Shown here one piece after another: positions 44,954 through 58,236 of a stretch of DNA of 64,000 bases. The number at the start of each line of letters is the position of its first letter. Positions within the stretch are counted from its first letter, which is position 1. Location of the stretch: contig CAVOFS010000008.1 of the NCBI GenBank assembly GCA_963695055.1, forward strand, positions 50,236-114,235, written 5' to 3'. A program made the translations under genes and the position numbers. The notes under the pieces are model-generated. The model had not been told where the DNA came from. It made no database searches and saw only the letters and a program-made list of their open reading frames with translations. Source of the stretch: an uncultured Actinomycetota bacterium. Its GTDB lineage: Bacteria; Actinomycetota; Actinomycetes; Propionibacteriales; Nocardioidaceae.

Positions 44954-45808
44954 TCAGAGCCGGGGCGCCACGCAGACCGCGATCATCCCGGGTCCGACGT
45001 GGGCACCGAGCACGGCTCCGAGCTCACCGCACCACACCTCGCGACCCTCCAGGTTGGCCTCGAGACGCTGGGCGAGCTTGGTGGTGAGCTGCGCTGCTCG
45101 GTCCGGACTCGCCAGGTGGGCGACGCACACATCGATCGACGCATCGCCGGCCGCCTGCACGGCCACCTCCTCGAGCCGGGCCAGCGCGCGGGCTGACGTA
45201 CGCACGCGTTCGAGCGGGGCGACCTTGCCGTCCGCGATCTGGAGCAACGGCTTGACCGCCAGCGCGCCACCGAGCACCGCGGCGGCGGCGCCGATCCGGC
45301 CACCGCGACGGAGGTACTCCAACGTGTCGACGTAGAAGAGCGACACGGATGCGTCGGCCCGCGCGAGGGCGGCGGCTGCAGCCTCCCCAGCGGACCCCCC
45401 GGCGTCGACCACGTCGGCCGCGGCGAGCGCGGCGTAGCCGGTGGCAACCCCGACCTGGCGGGTGTCGACCGGGATCACCGGGATCGAGGCGTCGCGCGCC
45501 GCCAGCTGGGCGGACTCGAAGGTGCCGCTCATGTCGCCGGACAGGTGCACCGAGACGATGTCGGTGGCGCCGTCGCGAGCCGCCTGCTCGTAGACCTCCA
45601 GCAGCGCCGCCGGTCCCGGACGCGACGTGCTGACCGGTCGCCACTCCTTGAGCGCGGCCGCGACCAGGTCGGGGGTCGCGCCTTCGGCACCCTCGTCGTA
45701 GACGGTCGCCCCGATCACCACCTGCAGTGGGACCACGATGACGCCCCGCTCGGCCGCCAGCTCCGGAGGGAGCATGGCGGTCGAGTCGGTGACGATCACG
45801 GCCGGCAT
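44954..45808 (-). CDS. DegV family fatty-acid-binding protein
   Basis: [27 protein letters not shown]; C-terminal part of chimeric ORF 44954..48415. Confidence 0.92.
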   Translation of the reverse strand: MPAVIVTDSTAMLPPELAAERGVIVVPLQVVIGATVYDEGAEGATPDLVAAALKEWRPVSTSRPGPAALLEVYEQAARDGATDIVSVHLSGDMSGTFESAQLAARDASIPVIPVDTRQVGVATGYAALAAADVVDAGGSAGEAAAAALARADASVSLFYVDTLEYLRRGGRIGAAAAVLGGALAVKPLLQIADGKVAPLERVRTSARALARLEEVAVQAAGDASIDVCVAHLASPDRAAQLTTKLAQRLEANLEGREVWCGELGAVLGAHVGPGMIAVCVAPRL

Positions 45809-45831
45809 GCGAGGAAGGCTAGACGACCTGG

Positions 45832-48325
45832 TCAGACGACGACGTTGACCAGCTTGGGCGCACGGACGATCACCTTGCGCACCGGTCGCCCGTCGATCGC
45901 CTTGATCACGGCCTCGTCCGCCAGCGCCAGCTGCTCCAGGTCGGCCTCGCTGATGTCGGGCGAGACCTCCAGACGAGCACGGACCTTGCCCTGGATCTGG
46001 ACGACCGCGGTGACCGACTCCTCGACCAGCAGCGCCGGGTCGACAGTCGGCCAGCCGGCGCGCGCGACCGTCGGCTCGTGGCCCAGCCGCGCCCACATCT
46101 CCTCGGCCGTGTACGGCGCCACCAGGGACAGCAGGATCGCGACCGCCTCGCTCGCCTCGCGCACGGCGGGATCGGCCGGGCCGCAGCCCGAGTCGATCGC
46201 CTTGCGGGTGGCGTTCACCAGCTCCATGACCCGGGCGATCATCACGTTGAACCGGTAGCGCCTCGACCAGCTCGGCCGCGTCGTGCACGGTGCGCGCGGT
46301 CACCCGGCGCAGCGCCACGTCGCCGCCCTCGGGCGACGTACCGACGATCGAGGTGACGTCGCCCGACAGCCGCCAGGCGCGCTGCAGGAAGCGCAGCGAC
46401 CCGGACGGCGACATGTCGGCCCAGTCGATGTCGTCCTCCGGCGGACCGGCGAAGACCAGGGTCAGGCGTACGGCGTCCACGCCGAACTCCGCGAGTTGGT
46501 CCCCCAGGTTGACGCCGTTGCCCAGCGACTTGCTCATCTTCTTGCCCTGGTTGATCACGAAGCCCTGGTTCAGCTGCGCGGCGAACGGCTCACCGACCTC
46601 CAGCATCCCCATGTCACGCAGCGCCTTGGTGAAGAAGCGCGCGTACAGCAGGTGCAGCACGGCGTGCTCGACGCCACCGACGTAGATGTCGGCCGGCATC
46701 CAGGCGTTGGCCTTGGCGACGTCGAACGGGCCGTCGGTGTAGTCCGGCGAGCAGTAGCGCAGGAAGTACCACGACGAGTCGACGAACGTGTCCATCGTGT
46801 CGCTGTCGCGCTTCGCAGGGCCGCCGCACGTCGGGCACTCGACGTTGACCCACTCCTCGGCCGCGGCCAGCGGCGAGACGCCCTTCGGCTTCAGGTCCGC
46901 GCCGCGCAGCGCGGGCAGCTCCAGCGGCAGCTGGTCATAACGTAAGGCGACCTCGCCGTCCTTCTCGCAGTGGATGATCGGGATCGGCACACCCCAGTAG
47001 CGCTGCCTGCTGAGCAGCCAGTCGCGCAGCCGGAAGTTGATGGCGCCGGCGCCGGTCTGCTGCTGCTCCAGGAAGTCGATCGTCGCGCGCTTCGCCTCCG
47101 CGACGCCCAGCCCGTTGATGTCCAGCGGCGCGTCGATCCCGGGAGCCGGGGAGTTGATCGCGGGACCCTCGCCGTGGAAGGCCTCGCCCTCGAAGTCGTC
47201 GGGCGTCTGCGTCGTCCGGACGATCTCCAGGCCCATGGTGGTGGCGAACTCCCAGTCGCGCTGGTCGCCGCCGGGCACACCCATGACCGCGCCGGTGCCG
47301 TAGTCGGCCAGCACGTAGTCGGTCGCCCAGACGGGGATCTGCGTGCCCGTCACCGGGTTGGTGGCGGTGACCCCCAGGTCGACGCCGGTCTTCGGGCGGT
47401 CGGTGGACAACCGCTCCATCTCGGTCTCCTTGCGGATCTCCTCGCGGTAGGCCTCGAACGCGGCGCGCTGCCCGTCCGTGACCAGCTCGGCGGCCAGCGG
47501 AGAGTCGACCGCGACCACCATGAACGTCGTGCCGAAGATCGTGTCCGGCCGGGTCGTGTAGACGGCGATCGGCTCGTCGCGACCCTCGACCGCGAAGTTC
47601 ACGTGCGCACCCTCGGACCGACCGATCCAGTTGCGCTGGGCCGACACAACCCGCGCCGGCCAGGTCGGTTCCAGGTCGTCCAAGGAGTCCAGCAGCTCCT
47701 GGGCGTACTCGGTGATCTTGAAGTACCACTGGGTCAGCTCACGCTTGGTGACGTCGGCGCCGCAGCGCTCGCACCGTCCGTCGACCACCTGCTCGTTGGC
47801 CAGCACGGTCTGGTCGTTGGGGCACCAGTTGACCGGGCTGTTCTTGCGGTAGGCCAGGCCCCGCTCGCGGAACTTCAGGAACAGCCACTGCGTCCAGCGG
47901 TAGTACTCCGGGTCGGACGTGTGCAGCCGGCGCGACCAGTCGAAGGAGATGCCGTAGCGCTTGAACGACTCGTACTGCGTCTCGATGTTGGCGTAGGTGT
48001 ACGTCGCCGGGTGCTCGTCGTTGCGGATGGCGGCGTTCTCCGCGGGCAGCCCGAAGGAGTCCCAGCCCATCGGGTTCAGGACCTCGAAGCCGCGCTGCCA
48101 CCAGTAGCGCGCGATCACGTCGTGCAGCGCGGTGACCTCGGCGTGACCCATGTGCAGGTCGCCACTCGGGTAGGGGAACATCGTCAGGGCGTACTTCTTC
48201 TCGCGCGGCGAGTCGTCGTCAGCGCGGAAGGGCTCCATCCGGTCCCAGACCGGCAGCCACTTGTCCTGGACCGCCTGGACGTCGTACGTCTCCGGCTGGT
48301 CGGGCTGGGTGTCGTGCTGGCTCAT
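45832..48325 (-). CDS. leuS: Leucine--tRNA ligase; frameshift near 46260
   Basis: [40 protein letters not shown]. Confidence 0.97.
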
Positions 48326-48381
48326 CTCGATCTCTCTTCGCGTTCGTTGGGAAGTCTGCTCACTGACCTGGCCCGAGGCAC

Positions 48382-48407
48382 AAAAAAACCCCTCGGGCGT
48401 GAGGGGT
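48382..48407 (-). terminator. Attenuator terminator upstream of leuS
   Basis: acccctc-acgccc-gaggggt followed by a U-tract on the minus strand. Confidence 0.85.
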
Positions 48408-48425
48408 GGCCGCACTGAGAAGCTG

Positions 48426-48461
48426 TCAGTGCGGCTGGGTAAGGAGCAGGTTCCTGCGCAT
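48426..48461 (-). CDS. leuS leader peptide [11 protein letters not shown]
   Basis: Three consecutive Leu codons (CTG CTC CTT); stop lies within hairpin gccgcactga/tcagtgcggc; terminator follows. Confidence 0.8.
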   Translation of the reverse strand: MRRNLLLTQPH

Positions 48462-48481
48462 CTGCCCAGAGTACCCGAACG

Positions 48482-49108
48482 TCACCGCTCGGCCGAGGCG
48501 AGCATCATCGGCATCAGCTCGTGCACCTGGGCGGCCATCGACTCGGCGGCGCCGTCGGCCCCGGTCAGGTGGCCGAGCAGGGCCTGCTGGAAGAGACCGT
48601 CGAGGATGCCGTACGCCGCCGCGGGGGTCAGCGACGTCGGGCGGCCGGAGAGCTCGGCGTAGCGGCTGATCACCCGCCAGACCATGTCCTCGAGCGTCGC
48701 GTCGATCATCAGCACCACCTCGCGGAACTTCTCCTCGAACATGCTCTGCGTGCGCAGGTCGTACCAGAGCCGGTGCATGGCGGACTCCTCGCGCAGCGTC
48801 TCGACGAGCTTCGCGGCGAACGCGTCGAGCAGGCCTGCGGCAGTCGTCGACTCGTCGACGACCGCGTCGTAGCGGGTGACGCAGCGGGCCTTGTAGTAGC
48901 GCACGCAGTAGACGATCAGCTCGACCTTGTCGGCGAAGTAGTAGTGGACGACCCCGTGGCTGAACTCGGAGTTGTTGGCGATCTCGCGGAGGCTGGTGCG
49001 GGCGTAGCCGAGCTCGCCCAGGGTCTGCAACGCCGACTCCGCGAGCTGGTTGCGGCGCTCGTCGTACTTGTCCGCGGGCGCTCGGCGCGCCTCCTTGGTG
49101 GCTGCCAT
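48482..49108 (-). CDS. TetR family regulator
   Basis: GYARTSLREIA...SHGVVHYYF.DK HTH; GAGG RBS before ATG 49108. Confidence 0.92.
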   Translation of the reverse strand: MAATKEARRAPADKYDERRNQLAESALQTLGELGYARTSLREIANNSEFSHGVVHYYFADKVELIVYCVRYYKARCVTRYDAVVDESTTAAGLLDAFAAKLVETLREESAMHRLWYDLRTQSMFEEKFREVVLMIDATLEDMVWRVISRYAELSGRPTSLTPAAAYGILDGLFQQALLGHLTGADGAAESMAAQVHELMPMMLASAER

Positions 49109-49274
49109 CCCTCGCCTCCTCCGCTCGTCCGGGCGCCACAATACGCGCCCGGCAACGCGACGTACCGTGGAACTTGTCGAGTGTCCAGATAATTCTGGGC
49201 ATTTGTCCAACAAACTCTTGACAGTCGTCAAGGTCCGCTGCCTACGGTGGACGTCCACCACTTCTCGCCGAGGA

Positions 49275-49485
49275 GTCACGTTGTTCTTCCAGGAGCGGTT
49301 CGCGCCACTCGTCCAGCAGATCCGTGGAGCACTCCCCCACCCCTCCACGCTGGTCTGTCTCGGCGGCGAGGTCTCCGGCGCTTTCTCCTAGAACGACTTC
49401 GTGGCCGGCCACGTCATCGATGCCCCCAACTTCGATGACGTGGCCATGTTCGTCGGCACCGGCGGCACGACCGGGCGACTGGTCC
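49275..49485 (+). pseudogene. Remnant of an acyl-CoA synthetase gene
   Basis: FQERFAPLVQQIRGALP...LVCL, in-frame TAG at 49389-91, then DDVAMFVGTGGTTGR (AMP-binding loop), truncated before PKG. Confidence 0.65.
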
Positions 49486-49531
49486 GACCTGCCCGCTCCG
49501 TGGTCGAGAAGGTGCCCCGTAAGGTCGCGCC

Positions 49532-50293
49532 ATGACCATCAACGACCTGTTCCGGCTCGACGGCAAGGTGGCGATCGTGACCGGGGCCTCCAGCGGCCTC
49601 GGTGTCGCCTTCGCCCAGGGCCTGGCCCAGGCCGGCGCCGACGTGGCGATCGGTGCGCGCCGGGTCGACCGGCTCGCGGACACCGCGCGCCTCGTCGAGG
49701 CGACCGGACGTCGCGCGCTGGCCGTCGAGACGGACGTCGCAGATCCCGACTCGTGCAGCAACCTGGTCGCCCTCGCGATGGAGGAGTTCGGCCGGGTCGA
49801 CATCCTGGTCAACAACGCCGGGATCGGTACGGCGGCACCCGCCACCCGGGAGAAGCCGGAGGACTTCCGACAGGTCATCGACGTCAACCTCAACGGCTGC
49901 TACTGGATGGCGCAGGCCTGCGGGCGGGTGATGCAGCCGGGCTCGAGCATCATCAACATCAGCTCGGTCCTCGGCATCACGACCGCCGGGCTCCCCCAGG
50001 CGGCGTACGCCGCGTCGAAGGCCGGCCTGATCGGCCTGACCCGCGACCTCGCCCAGCAGTGGACCGGTCGCAAGGGGATCCGGGTCAACGCGATCGCACC
50101 GGGCTTCTTCACCTCCGAGATGACCGAGCAGTACCCGCCCGGCTACCTGGAGTCACAGGCCCCTCGCATTCCGAGCGGTCGCAAGGGCGACCCAGTCGAG
50201 CTCGCCGCGACCGTGGTCTTCCTCGCCTCCGACGCCGCCGGCTACATCACCGGACAGACGCTGCCTGTCGATGGTGGGATGACGATCACGTGA
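49532..50293 (+). CDS. SDR family oxidoreductase
   Basis: TGASSGLG, NNAG, YAASK. Confidence 0.95.
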   Translation: MTINDLFRLDGKVAIVTGASSGLGVAFAQGLAQAGADVAIGARRVDRLADTARLVEATGRRALAVETDVADPDSCSNLVALAMEEFGRVDILVNNAGIGTAAPATREKPEDFRQVIDVNLNGCYWMAQACGRVMQPGSSIINISSVLGITTAGLPQAAYAASKAGLIGLTRDLAQQWTGRKGIRVNAIAPGFFTSEMTEQYPPGYLESQAPRIPSGRKGDPVELAATVVFLASDAAGYITGQTLPVDGGMTIT

Positions 50294-50297
50294 CGGT

Positions 50298-50376
50298 GGC
50301 GGGTTTCCCCGGGCAGCCGGGGAAACCCGCAGACACGCCGTTGGGGTAACGGCGTGTCTGCGGGTTCTGGCTGACA
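50298..50376. repeat. 79-bp double-hairpin REP-like element, copy 2 (inverted)
   Basis: Near-identical reverse complement of 31636-31714; lies between convergent genes. Confidence 0.85.
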
Positions 50377-50384
50377 GGGTCGAG

Positions 50385-52073
50385 CTACTTCTTGACCTGG
50401 AAGGTGTCCGTGGCGGCCTTGCCGGACTGGGTGCCCGTCACGGTGACCTTGTAGGACCCGACCTTGTTGGGGTTGATCGAGAGCTTGGTCGTGCCGCCGG
50501 ACAGCTCCCGGATCGTCGACGACGTGCTCGGACCGGTGATCTTGACGGCCACCTGACGGTCAGCGCCGAACTTGCTGGCGGTGATCGTGACCGTCTTGCC
50601 GGGCTTCACCTTCGACGGCGACGCCTTCACCTTGGCGTGGTCGCTGCCGTTCTCCGTGTCATCGACCAGGCCCAGAGCGTTGCGCATGGTGAAGTACAGG
50701 TCCGTCTGGTCGGTCAGCCCGACGACGTTCGCCGCACCCGGACCGTAGCCAGCGAGGCGGAGCTGGCTGCCGGTGTGCTGCTGCGAGCCACCCGCCGGGG
50801 CGGTGCCGTAGTTGACGGCCATCGGGGCGCCGTCCGCGGTGGTGAGCGTGACGCTCAGACCGGGGCTGGTGCTGCCGACCTCGATGATCTGGCTCGAGTG
50901 GGCGTGGTCGGCGGTGACGAACACCGACGTGGCCGGGTGCGTCTTGGCGTACGCCATCGCGGCCTGGACGGCCTCGTCCAGGTCGACGGTCTCACCGATC
51001 TGGCCACACGCGTTGGCGGCGTGGTCCTGCTTGTCGATGCTGGCGCCCTCGACCTGGAGGAAGAACCCGTTCGGGTTGTCCAGGAGGTCGATCGCCTTCG
51101 TGGTCATGTCGGCGAGGCTCGGGAGCGTGGCCGCGTGGTCCGGGTTGGGCGTGCACTCCTGGGCCGGCAGCTTGGAGCCGCCGACGGTCGCGGCCGGACC
51201 GGCGTACCGGACCGGCATGTTGCCCGGGGAGAACAGGCCGAGCAGCGGCTCGTCCTGGTCCGCCTTCGAGACTCCCATCAGACCGGCCTTGTCCGAGACC
51301 GTCTGGTAGCCACGCAGGGTCGCCTGCTCGGAGAGGGTCTTGCCCGACCACTCACCGGCCTTCGCCGTCTGGGCGAACGTGGTCGCGCCGCCACCGAGAG
51401 TGACGTCGGGCCGCGTGTTCAGCAGCTGCTCGGTGATCGAGCCCAGACCGCCGTTCTCGAGTGCCGCGGCAGGGCACGTCGTCGTCGTCTGGTCCGGGCC
51501 GTAGCAGGAGCGTGCCGAGATGTGCGAGACCATCACCGCGGGGGTGGCGTCCTGGATCTCCGCCGTCGTGACGTCCCCGGTCTTGAGCCCGTTGGCCTTG
51601 GCCAGCTCCAGCAGCGTCTGCTGCGGCTCGCCCTGCAGGTTGACCGAGATCGCGTTGTCGTAGGTCTTCGTCCCGGTCGACCAGGCCGAACCGGTCGCCG
51701 CCGAGTCGGGGACGTAGTCGGGCAGACCAGTGGTCTTGTCGAGCGAGTACGTCGTGTACTGACCGGTCAACGGCAGGGCGTCGATGCCCGCGAACCGACC
51801 GGCGGCACCTTCGGCGTAGTTGCGGGCGACGGTGATCTCCGAGTCGCCCATGCCGTCGCCGATGAAGAGGATGACGTTGCGGGCCTGGCCGCCGACGACA
51901 GCCTTGCGGACGGCGTCCGTGCGGTCGCCGTCGTTGCGGGTCGCGCCGCCGTGTTCGGAGAGGTCGGCCTCAGGAGCCTGCGTCGTGGCGTAGGCGATGC
52001 CGGTGGTGGTGCCCAGTGCTGCGAGGGCGAGAGCGCCGATCGCGAACCGCGATCGAGACAGTCGTGCATGCAT
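50385..52073 (-). CDS. phoA: Secreted alkaline phosphatase with an extra C-terminal beta-rich domain
   Basis: Signal peptide; [38 protein letters not shown]. Confidence 0.93.
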   Translation of the reverse strand: MHARLSRSRFAIGALALAALGTTTGIAYATTQAPEADLSEHGGATRNDGDRTDAVRKAVVGGQARNVILFIGDGMGDSEITVARNYAEGAAGRFAGIDALPLTGQYTTYSLDKTTGLPDYVPDSAATGSAWSTGTKTYDNAISVNLQGEPQQTLLELAKANGLKTGDVTTAEIQDATPAVMVSHISARSCYGPDQTTTTCPAAALENGGLGSITEQLLNTRPDVTLGGGATTFAQTAKAGEWSGKTLSEQATLRGYQTVSDKAGLMGVSKADQDEPLLGLFSPGNMPVRYAGPAATVGGSKLPAQECTPNPDHAATLPSLADMTTKAIDLLDNPNGFFLQVEGASIDKQDHAANACGQIGETVDLDEAVQAAMAYAKTHPATSVFVTADHAHSSQIIEVGSTSPGLSVTLTTADGAPMAVNYGTAPAGGSQQHTGSQLRLAGYGPGAANVVGLTDQTDLYFTMRNALGLVDDTENGSDHAKVKASPSKVKPGKTVTITASKFGADRQVAVKITGPSTSSTIRELSGGTTKLSINPNKVGSYKVTVTGTQSGKAATDTFQVKK

Positions 52074-52172
52074 GCGCGTGGTGGTCCTTCCGGAGCTGGG
52101 GGATCCGGGTCGACATGACCCACCCAGAGACGACCAGTCCCGGGTGAACCCCGGACACCTCCACGGTGAAGG

Positions 52173-54634
<2,462 letters not shown>

Positions 54635-55111
54635 CTAGGCTCGTCGCCGGCTCGACGCGCATCAGCGCGAGGCCGATCAGGACCAGCACCACACCCATCA
54701 CCGCGACGAAGGCAGCGACGCCGAAGGCGACGACCGAGGTGAACAGGCTGGCCCGGAGGAAGGACGCGTCCATGACGCTGTCGCGGCGCGGGTCGTCCTG
54801 GGCGAGCTCGGCGTAGGTCTTGCCCTCGGCGATGCCCTCGGCGTGGGTCGCGATGATGTCGGCCTGGTAGTAGGCCGTGAACGGGCCCTTCGACGTCCTT
54901 GCCGCCGAAGTGCTGAGCGTCGTCGGACGACGGTGATGTTCTCGGCCGCGAGCGTGCTCGAGATGAGTGCGTAGGTGAACACTCCGGCGATCGCGAAGAG
55001 CACGCCGATCACGATGATCGCGATGCCGAGGCCGCGGGCGCCGCCGGACTGCTGGGGTGTCGTTGTCGTCGTCGCTGGTGCTGGCTCAGGGGCAGGTTCG
55101 CTGTGGGACAT
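54635..55111 (-). CDS. Conserved actinobacterial two-TM membrane protein; frameshifted, 3' end approximate
   Basis: LAAENITV..DA, GPFTAY.QA, GKTYAEL..DDPRR, MDASFLRASLFTSVVAFG; GGAG RBS. Confidence 0.65.
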
Positions 55112-55228
55112 CTCGACTCCTCCTAGCAAGGCCGCCCGGTCGAGTCGGCCACGACAAATCTCGCACTCCTCGACGAGTGGCGGCAAGGGACCACGCCGTA
55201 CGGCGACTGCCCTGGTCGACGAACGTCG

Positions 55229-56896
55229 TCACGTCGAGCTGACGGCCTGCGCCTTCGCCCAGCGGTAGTCGGCCTTGCCCGACGGCGAGCGCTGCATGGC
55301 TCCGACCCGGATGATCGCCTTCGGCACCTTGTAGCGAGCCACGTGCCGACCGGCCTCCGCCAGCAGCTCGTCGTCGGTGGCGTCGACGCCGGTCTCGAGC
55401 TGGATGATCGCGACCGCCTCACTCCCCCACCGCTCGGAGGGCCGACCGACGACGACGACGTCGCGGACCGCAGGGTGCGCGGCCAGGGCGCGCTCGACCT
55501 CCTCGACGAAGATCTTCTCGCCGCCCGAGTTGATGGTGACGCCATCGCGGCCGAGCAGCACGATCTGGCCGTCGTCGTTGAACGTCGCCCGGTCGCCGGG
55601 GATCGAGAAGCGCACCCCGTCGATCACCGGGAAGGTGCGCGCCGTCTTGGCCTCGTCGCCCAGGTAGCCGAGAGGCACCCGGCCGCGTTGGGCCAGCCAG
55701 CCCTCTCCCTCCCCGGGCTCCAGGGCCCGGCCGAAGAGGTTGTCGACAACCGTGGTCGCGGCCACCGGAGCGAACGTCGCGGTGCCGGCCTCCATGCCCT
55801 TGAGCGACAGCGAGCTCATCTGCAGCCCGGTCTCGGACGCACCCGCGGCGTCCATCACGATGATGTGCGGCAGCGCCTCGAGCAGCCGGTCGCGCACCCC
55901 GGGCGTCAGCGGCGCGCCACCGTTGTTGAAGGCAGCCAGCCCGGACAGGTCGTATCCACCGCGCTCGACCTCCTCGATCAGCGGCAGCGCGACGGCGTCA
56001 CCCACGACCGGGATGCTCACCACCCGCTCACGCCCGGCGAGGGTCAGGGCACCGGCCGCGTCGAGCCCGTGCACATCGTCAGGCAGCACCAGAGCGCCGC
56101 CGCCCGTGATCGTGTGGAATGCCGACCACTGGGCGGCCCCGTGCATGAACGGCGGGATCATCAGCAGCCTCATCGTGCCGCCGGCGGCCAGGGCGGCCTC
56201 CGCGATCGCGTCGTACGACGGGAACGGCTCGTTGGTCCCGAACGGCGTACCGCCCATCGAGGTGACGTAGATGTCGTCATTGCGCCACAGCACACCCTTG
56301 GGCATCCCGGTCGTGCCGCCGGTGTAGAGGATGTACAGGTCGTCGCCGTCGGGCTGCGGCATCCCACCGTCCGGGGCCGGAGTGTCGAGCAGCGTGGCGT
56401 AGTCGACGGCGCCGGGGAGCAGGTCGTTGCCCGACTCGTCGGCGACCTGGATCAGCACCTCCAGGCCGGGGAGCCGGTCGCGGATCGCGGCCACCCGGGG
56501 CGCGAACTCCGCGTGGTAGACGAGTGCCTTGGTCTGCGCGTCGGCGAGCAGGTAGAGCAGCTCCTCCTCGACGTAGCGGTAGTTGACGTTGAACGGCGCC
56601 ACCCGGGCCCGGAAGGCGCCGATCATCGTCTCGACGTACTCGTTGCCGTTGAGCAGGTAGATGCCGAGGTGGTCCTGGCCCGACTGGTGGCCGGCGAGCT
56701 GGTCGCGCTCCACGTGGCAGCCGAGGCCGAGACCGACGAGCGCGTGCGCGAGGCCGGTCGCCCGGGTGTTCAGCTCGGCGTAGGTGACCCGCCGGTCGCG
56801 CCAGATCAGCGCCTCCTGGTCGGGTACGGCGCGCGCGACGGCGTCGACGACGTGCGAGAGGTTGAAGCCGTGCGGGGCCGGACCGGACATGCTCAT
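55229..56896 (-). CDS. Acyl-CoA synthetase (FadD19-like)
   Basis: NVNYRYVEEEL, YTGGTTGMPKGVLW, PPFMHGAAQW, INSGGEKIF, SGKADYRW. Confidence 0.88.
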   Translation of the reverse strand: MSMSGPAPHGFNLSHVVDAVARAVPDQEALIWRDRRVTYAELNTRATGLAHALVGLGLGCHVERDQLAGHQSGQDHLGIYLLNGNEYVETMIGAFRARVAPFNVNYRYVEEELLYLLADAQTKALVYHAEFAPRVAAIRDRLPGLEVLIQVADESGNDLLPGAVDYATLLDTPAPDGGMPQPDGDDLYILYTGGTTGMPKGVLWRNDDIYVTSMGGTPFGTNEPFPSYDAIAEAALAAGGTMRLLMIPPFMHGAAQWSAFHTITGGGALVLPDDVHGLDAAGALTLAGRERVVSIPVVGDAVALPLIEEVERGGYDLSGLAAFNNGGAPLTPGVRDRLLEALPHIIVMDAAGASETGLQMSSLSLKGMEAGTATFAPVAATTVVDNLFGRALEPGEGEGWLAQRGRVPLGYLGDEAKTARTFPVIDGVRFSIPGDRATFNDDGQIVLLGRDGVTINSGGEKIFVEEVERALAAHPAVRDVVVVGRPSERWGSEAVAIIQLETGVDATDDELLAEAGRHVARYKVPKAIIRVGAMQRSPSGKADYRWAKAQAVSST

Positions 56897-56902
56897 CGCC
56901 TC

Positions 56903-56920
56903 ACTAGAACAGGTTCTCGT
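56903..56920. promoter_or_regulatory. KstR-like operator
   Basis: actagAACagGTTctcgt near-palindrome matches TnnAACnnGTTnnA except at the last base; lies between a TAGCAT -10 and the ATG. Confidence 0.6.
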
Positions 56921-56951
56921 TTTGCTCGATGCTAGCGGGTGGGCCGACTCG

Positions 56952-57698
56952 CTAGGCCCTCGCCTCGAGGACCGCGAGGTCGCGCTCGGCGAAACGACGG
57001 TGCTCCCACTCCTCGTTGAGGATGGCACCGAGGCAGCGCCGTACGGGGAAGCTCTCCGACTCCGGGTAGCCCGGCTCGAGCACCGGCTCGGTCATCGCGG
57101 CGAGCCGCTCGTCGGTGAGGTCGGCGATGACCGCGCCGACCCTCGACATCCGGTCGGCACGGACCGCGAGCACCTCGTCGAGGCTCGGGTGCGCCTCGAG
57201 GTCCCGCGGCACCGTGCCGGACGGGTCCTCCATCTCGGAGTGCGGCAGACCGAGCGGGTGGTACGGCGCCGGGTCGCCGAGCAGCGCGCGCAGCACCCAC
57301 GCGTCGGTCGCCATGACCAGGTGCCTGAGGGTCTCGATGAACGACCACTCCTCGTCGACGCGCTCGTGCAGCAGGTCGGGCGGCAGCAGCCGGGCACGCT
57401 CGACGGTCTCGGCCCACCGCCGCTCGATGACCGGCCACGCGGTCCGGTAGCCGTCGGCGTTCGTCGGCCGCATCAGCACCCGCTCCGGGTCGATCCGATC
57501 CATCTCTGCCGCGACGTACGGCGCCACGTCGACGCCGTTGACGACCAGCTCGCCGAAGTCGCCGTCCAGCTCGAGCCGGTCGGCCCAGCCGCCGCGGATC
57601 AGGACACCGCTGAGGTTGACGTCGCCGAAGCGACTCCCGCTCAGGTCCACGATCTTGAACCGTGCACCGGACAGGTCACGCTCGAGGAACTCCTCCAT
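56952..57698 (-). CDS. Pentapeptide-repeat + DinB-like protein
   Basis: DLSGARF..VDLSGSRF..VNLSG; EWSFIETLRHL, NEEWEH. Confidence 0.85.
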   Translation of the reverse strand: MEEFLERDLSGARFKIVDLSGSRFGDVNLSGVLIRGGWADRLELDGDFGELVVNGVDVAPYVAAEMDRIDPERVLMRPTNADGYRTAWPVIERRWAETVERARLLPPDLLHERVDEEWSFIETLRHLVMATDAWVLRALLGDPAPYHPLGLPHSEMEDPSGTVPRDLEAHPSLDEVLAVRADRMSRVGAVIADLTDERLAAMTEPVLEPGYPESESFPVRRCLGAILNEEWEHRRFAERDLAVLEARA

Positions 57699-57790
57699 GC
57701 CGGCAGCCTGCCACGACCCACCGACACTGGATCCGGTGCTGGCGACTGGCGAGGATCGACATCACGCTGACCGAGGAGGAGGCTGCCGCC

Positions 57791-58201
57791 ATGAATGAGT
57801 CCCGGGACGACGTCGACTACTCGACCCGAGGGATCGCTGCAGACGTCACCGCGACGTTCGCGGGGGTGCTGCTGTTCATCGTCTCGGCGTTCGACATCCT
57901 GCAGGGCCTCTCGGCCGTCGCCGGCGACGACCTGTACGCCGGGACCGAGTACCTCTACAAGCTGGACCTGACGGCGTGGGGCACGATCCACCTGATCGTC
58001 GGGGTCATCGGCGCTGTCGTCGGTGTCGGCATCGTCGGGCGGGCGTCATGGGCGCCGATCTGCGGCATCGTCGTCGCGGGCCTGGCGATGCTGACGAACT
58101 TCGCGTTCCTGCCGTTGTACCCCTTCTGGTCGATCATCATCATCGCCTTCAGCGCCCTGGTGATCTGGGCCCTCAGCGTGCAGATGCGCGGGGTCTGGTG
58201 A
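57791..58201 (+). CDS. Four-TM membrane protein (DUF7144-like)
   Basis: GAGGAGG RBS; DLTAWG.IHL, FLPLYPFWS. Confidence 0.75.
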   Translation: MNESRDDVDYSTRGIAADVTATFAGVLLFIVSAFDILQGLSAVAGDDLYAGTEYLYKLDLTAWGTIHLIVGVIGAVVGVGIVGRASWAPICGIVVAGLAMLTNFAFLPLYPFWSIIIIAFSALVIWALSVQMRGVW

Positions 58202-58236
58202 CCGAGGTTGGGCAGAGGCCCCTCGGTGGCGCCGTC

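Noticed and set aside
44954-48415. Apparent 1153-aa LeuS-DegV fusion
   Set aside because: A frameshift near 46260 diverts LeuS into a junk frame. The true LeuS C-terminus is ORF 45832..46245 and DegV has its own ATG at 45808.
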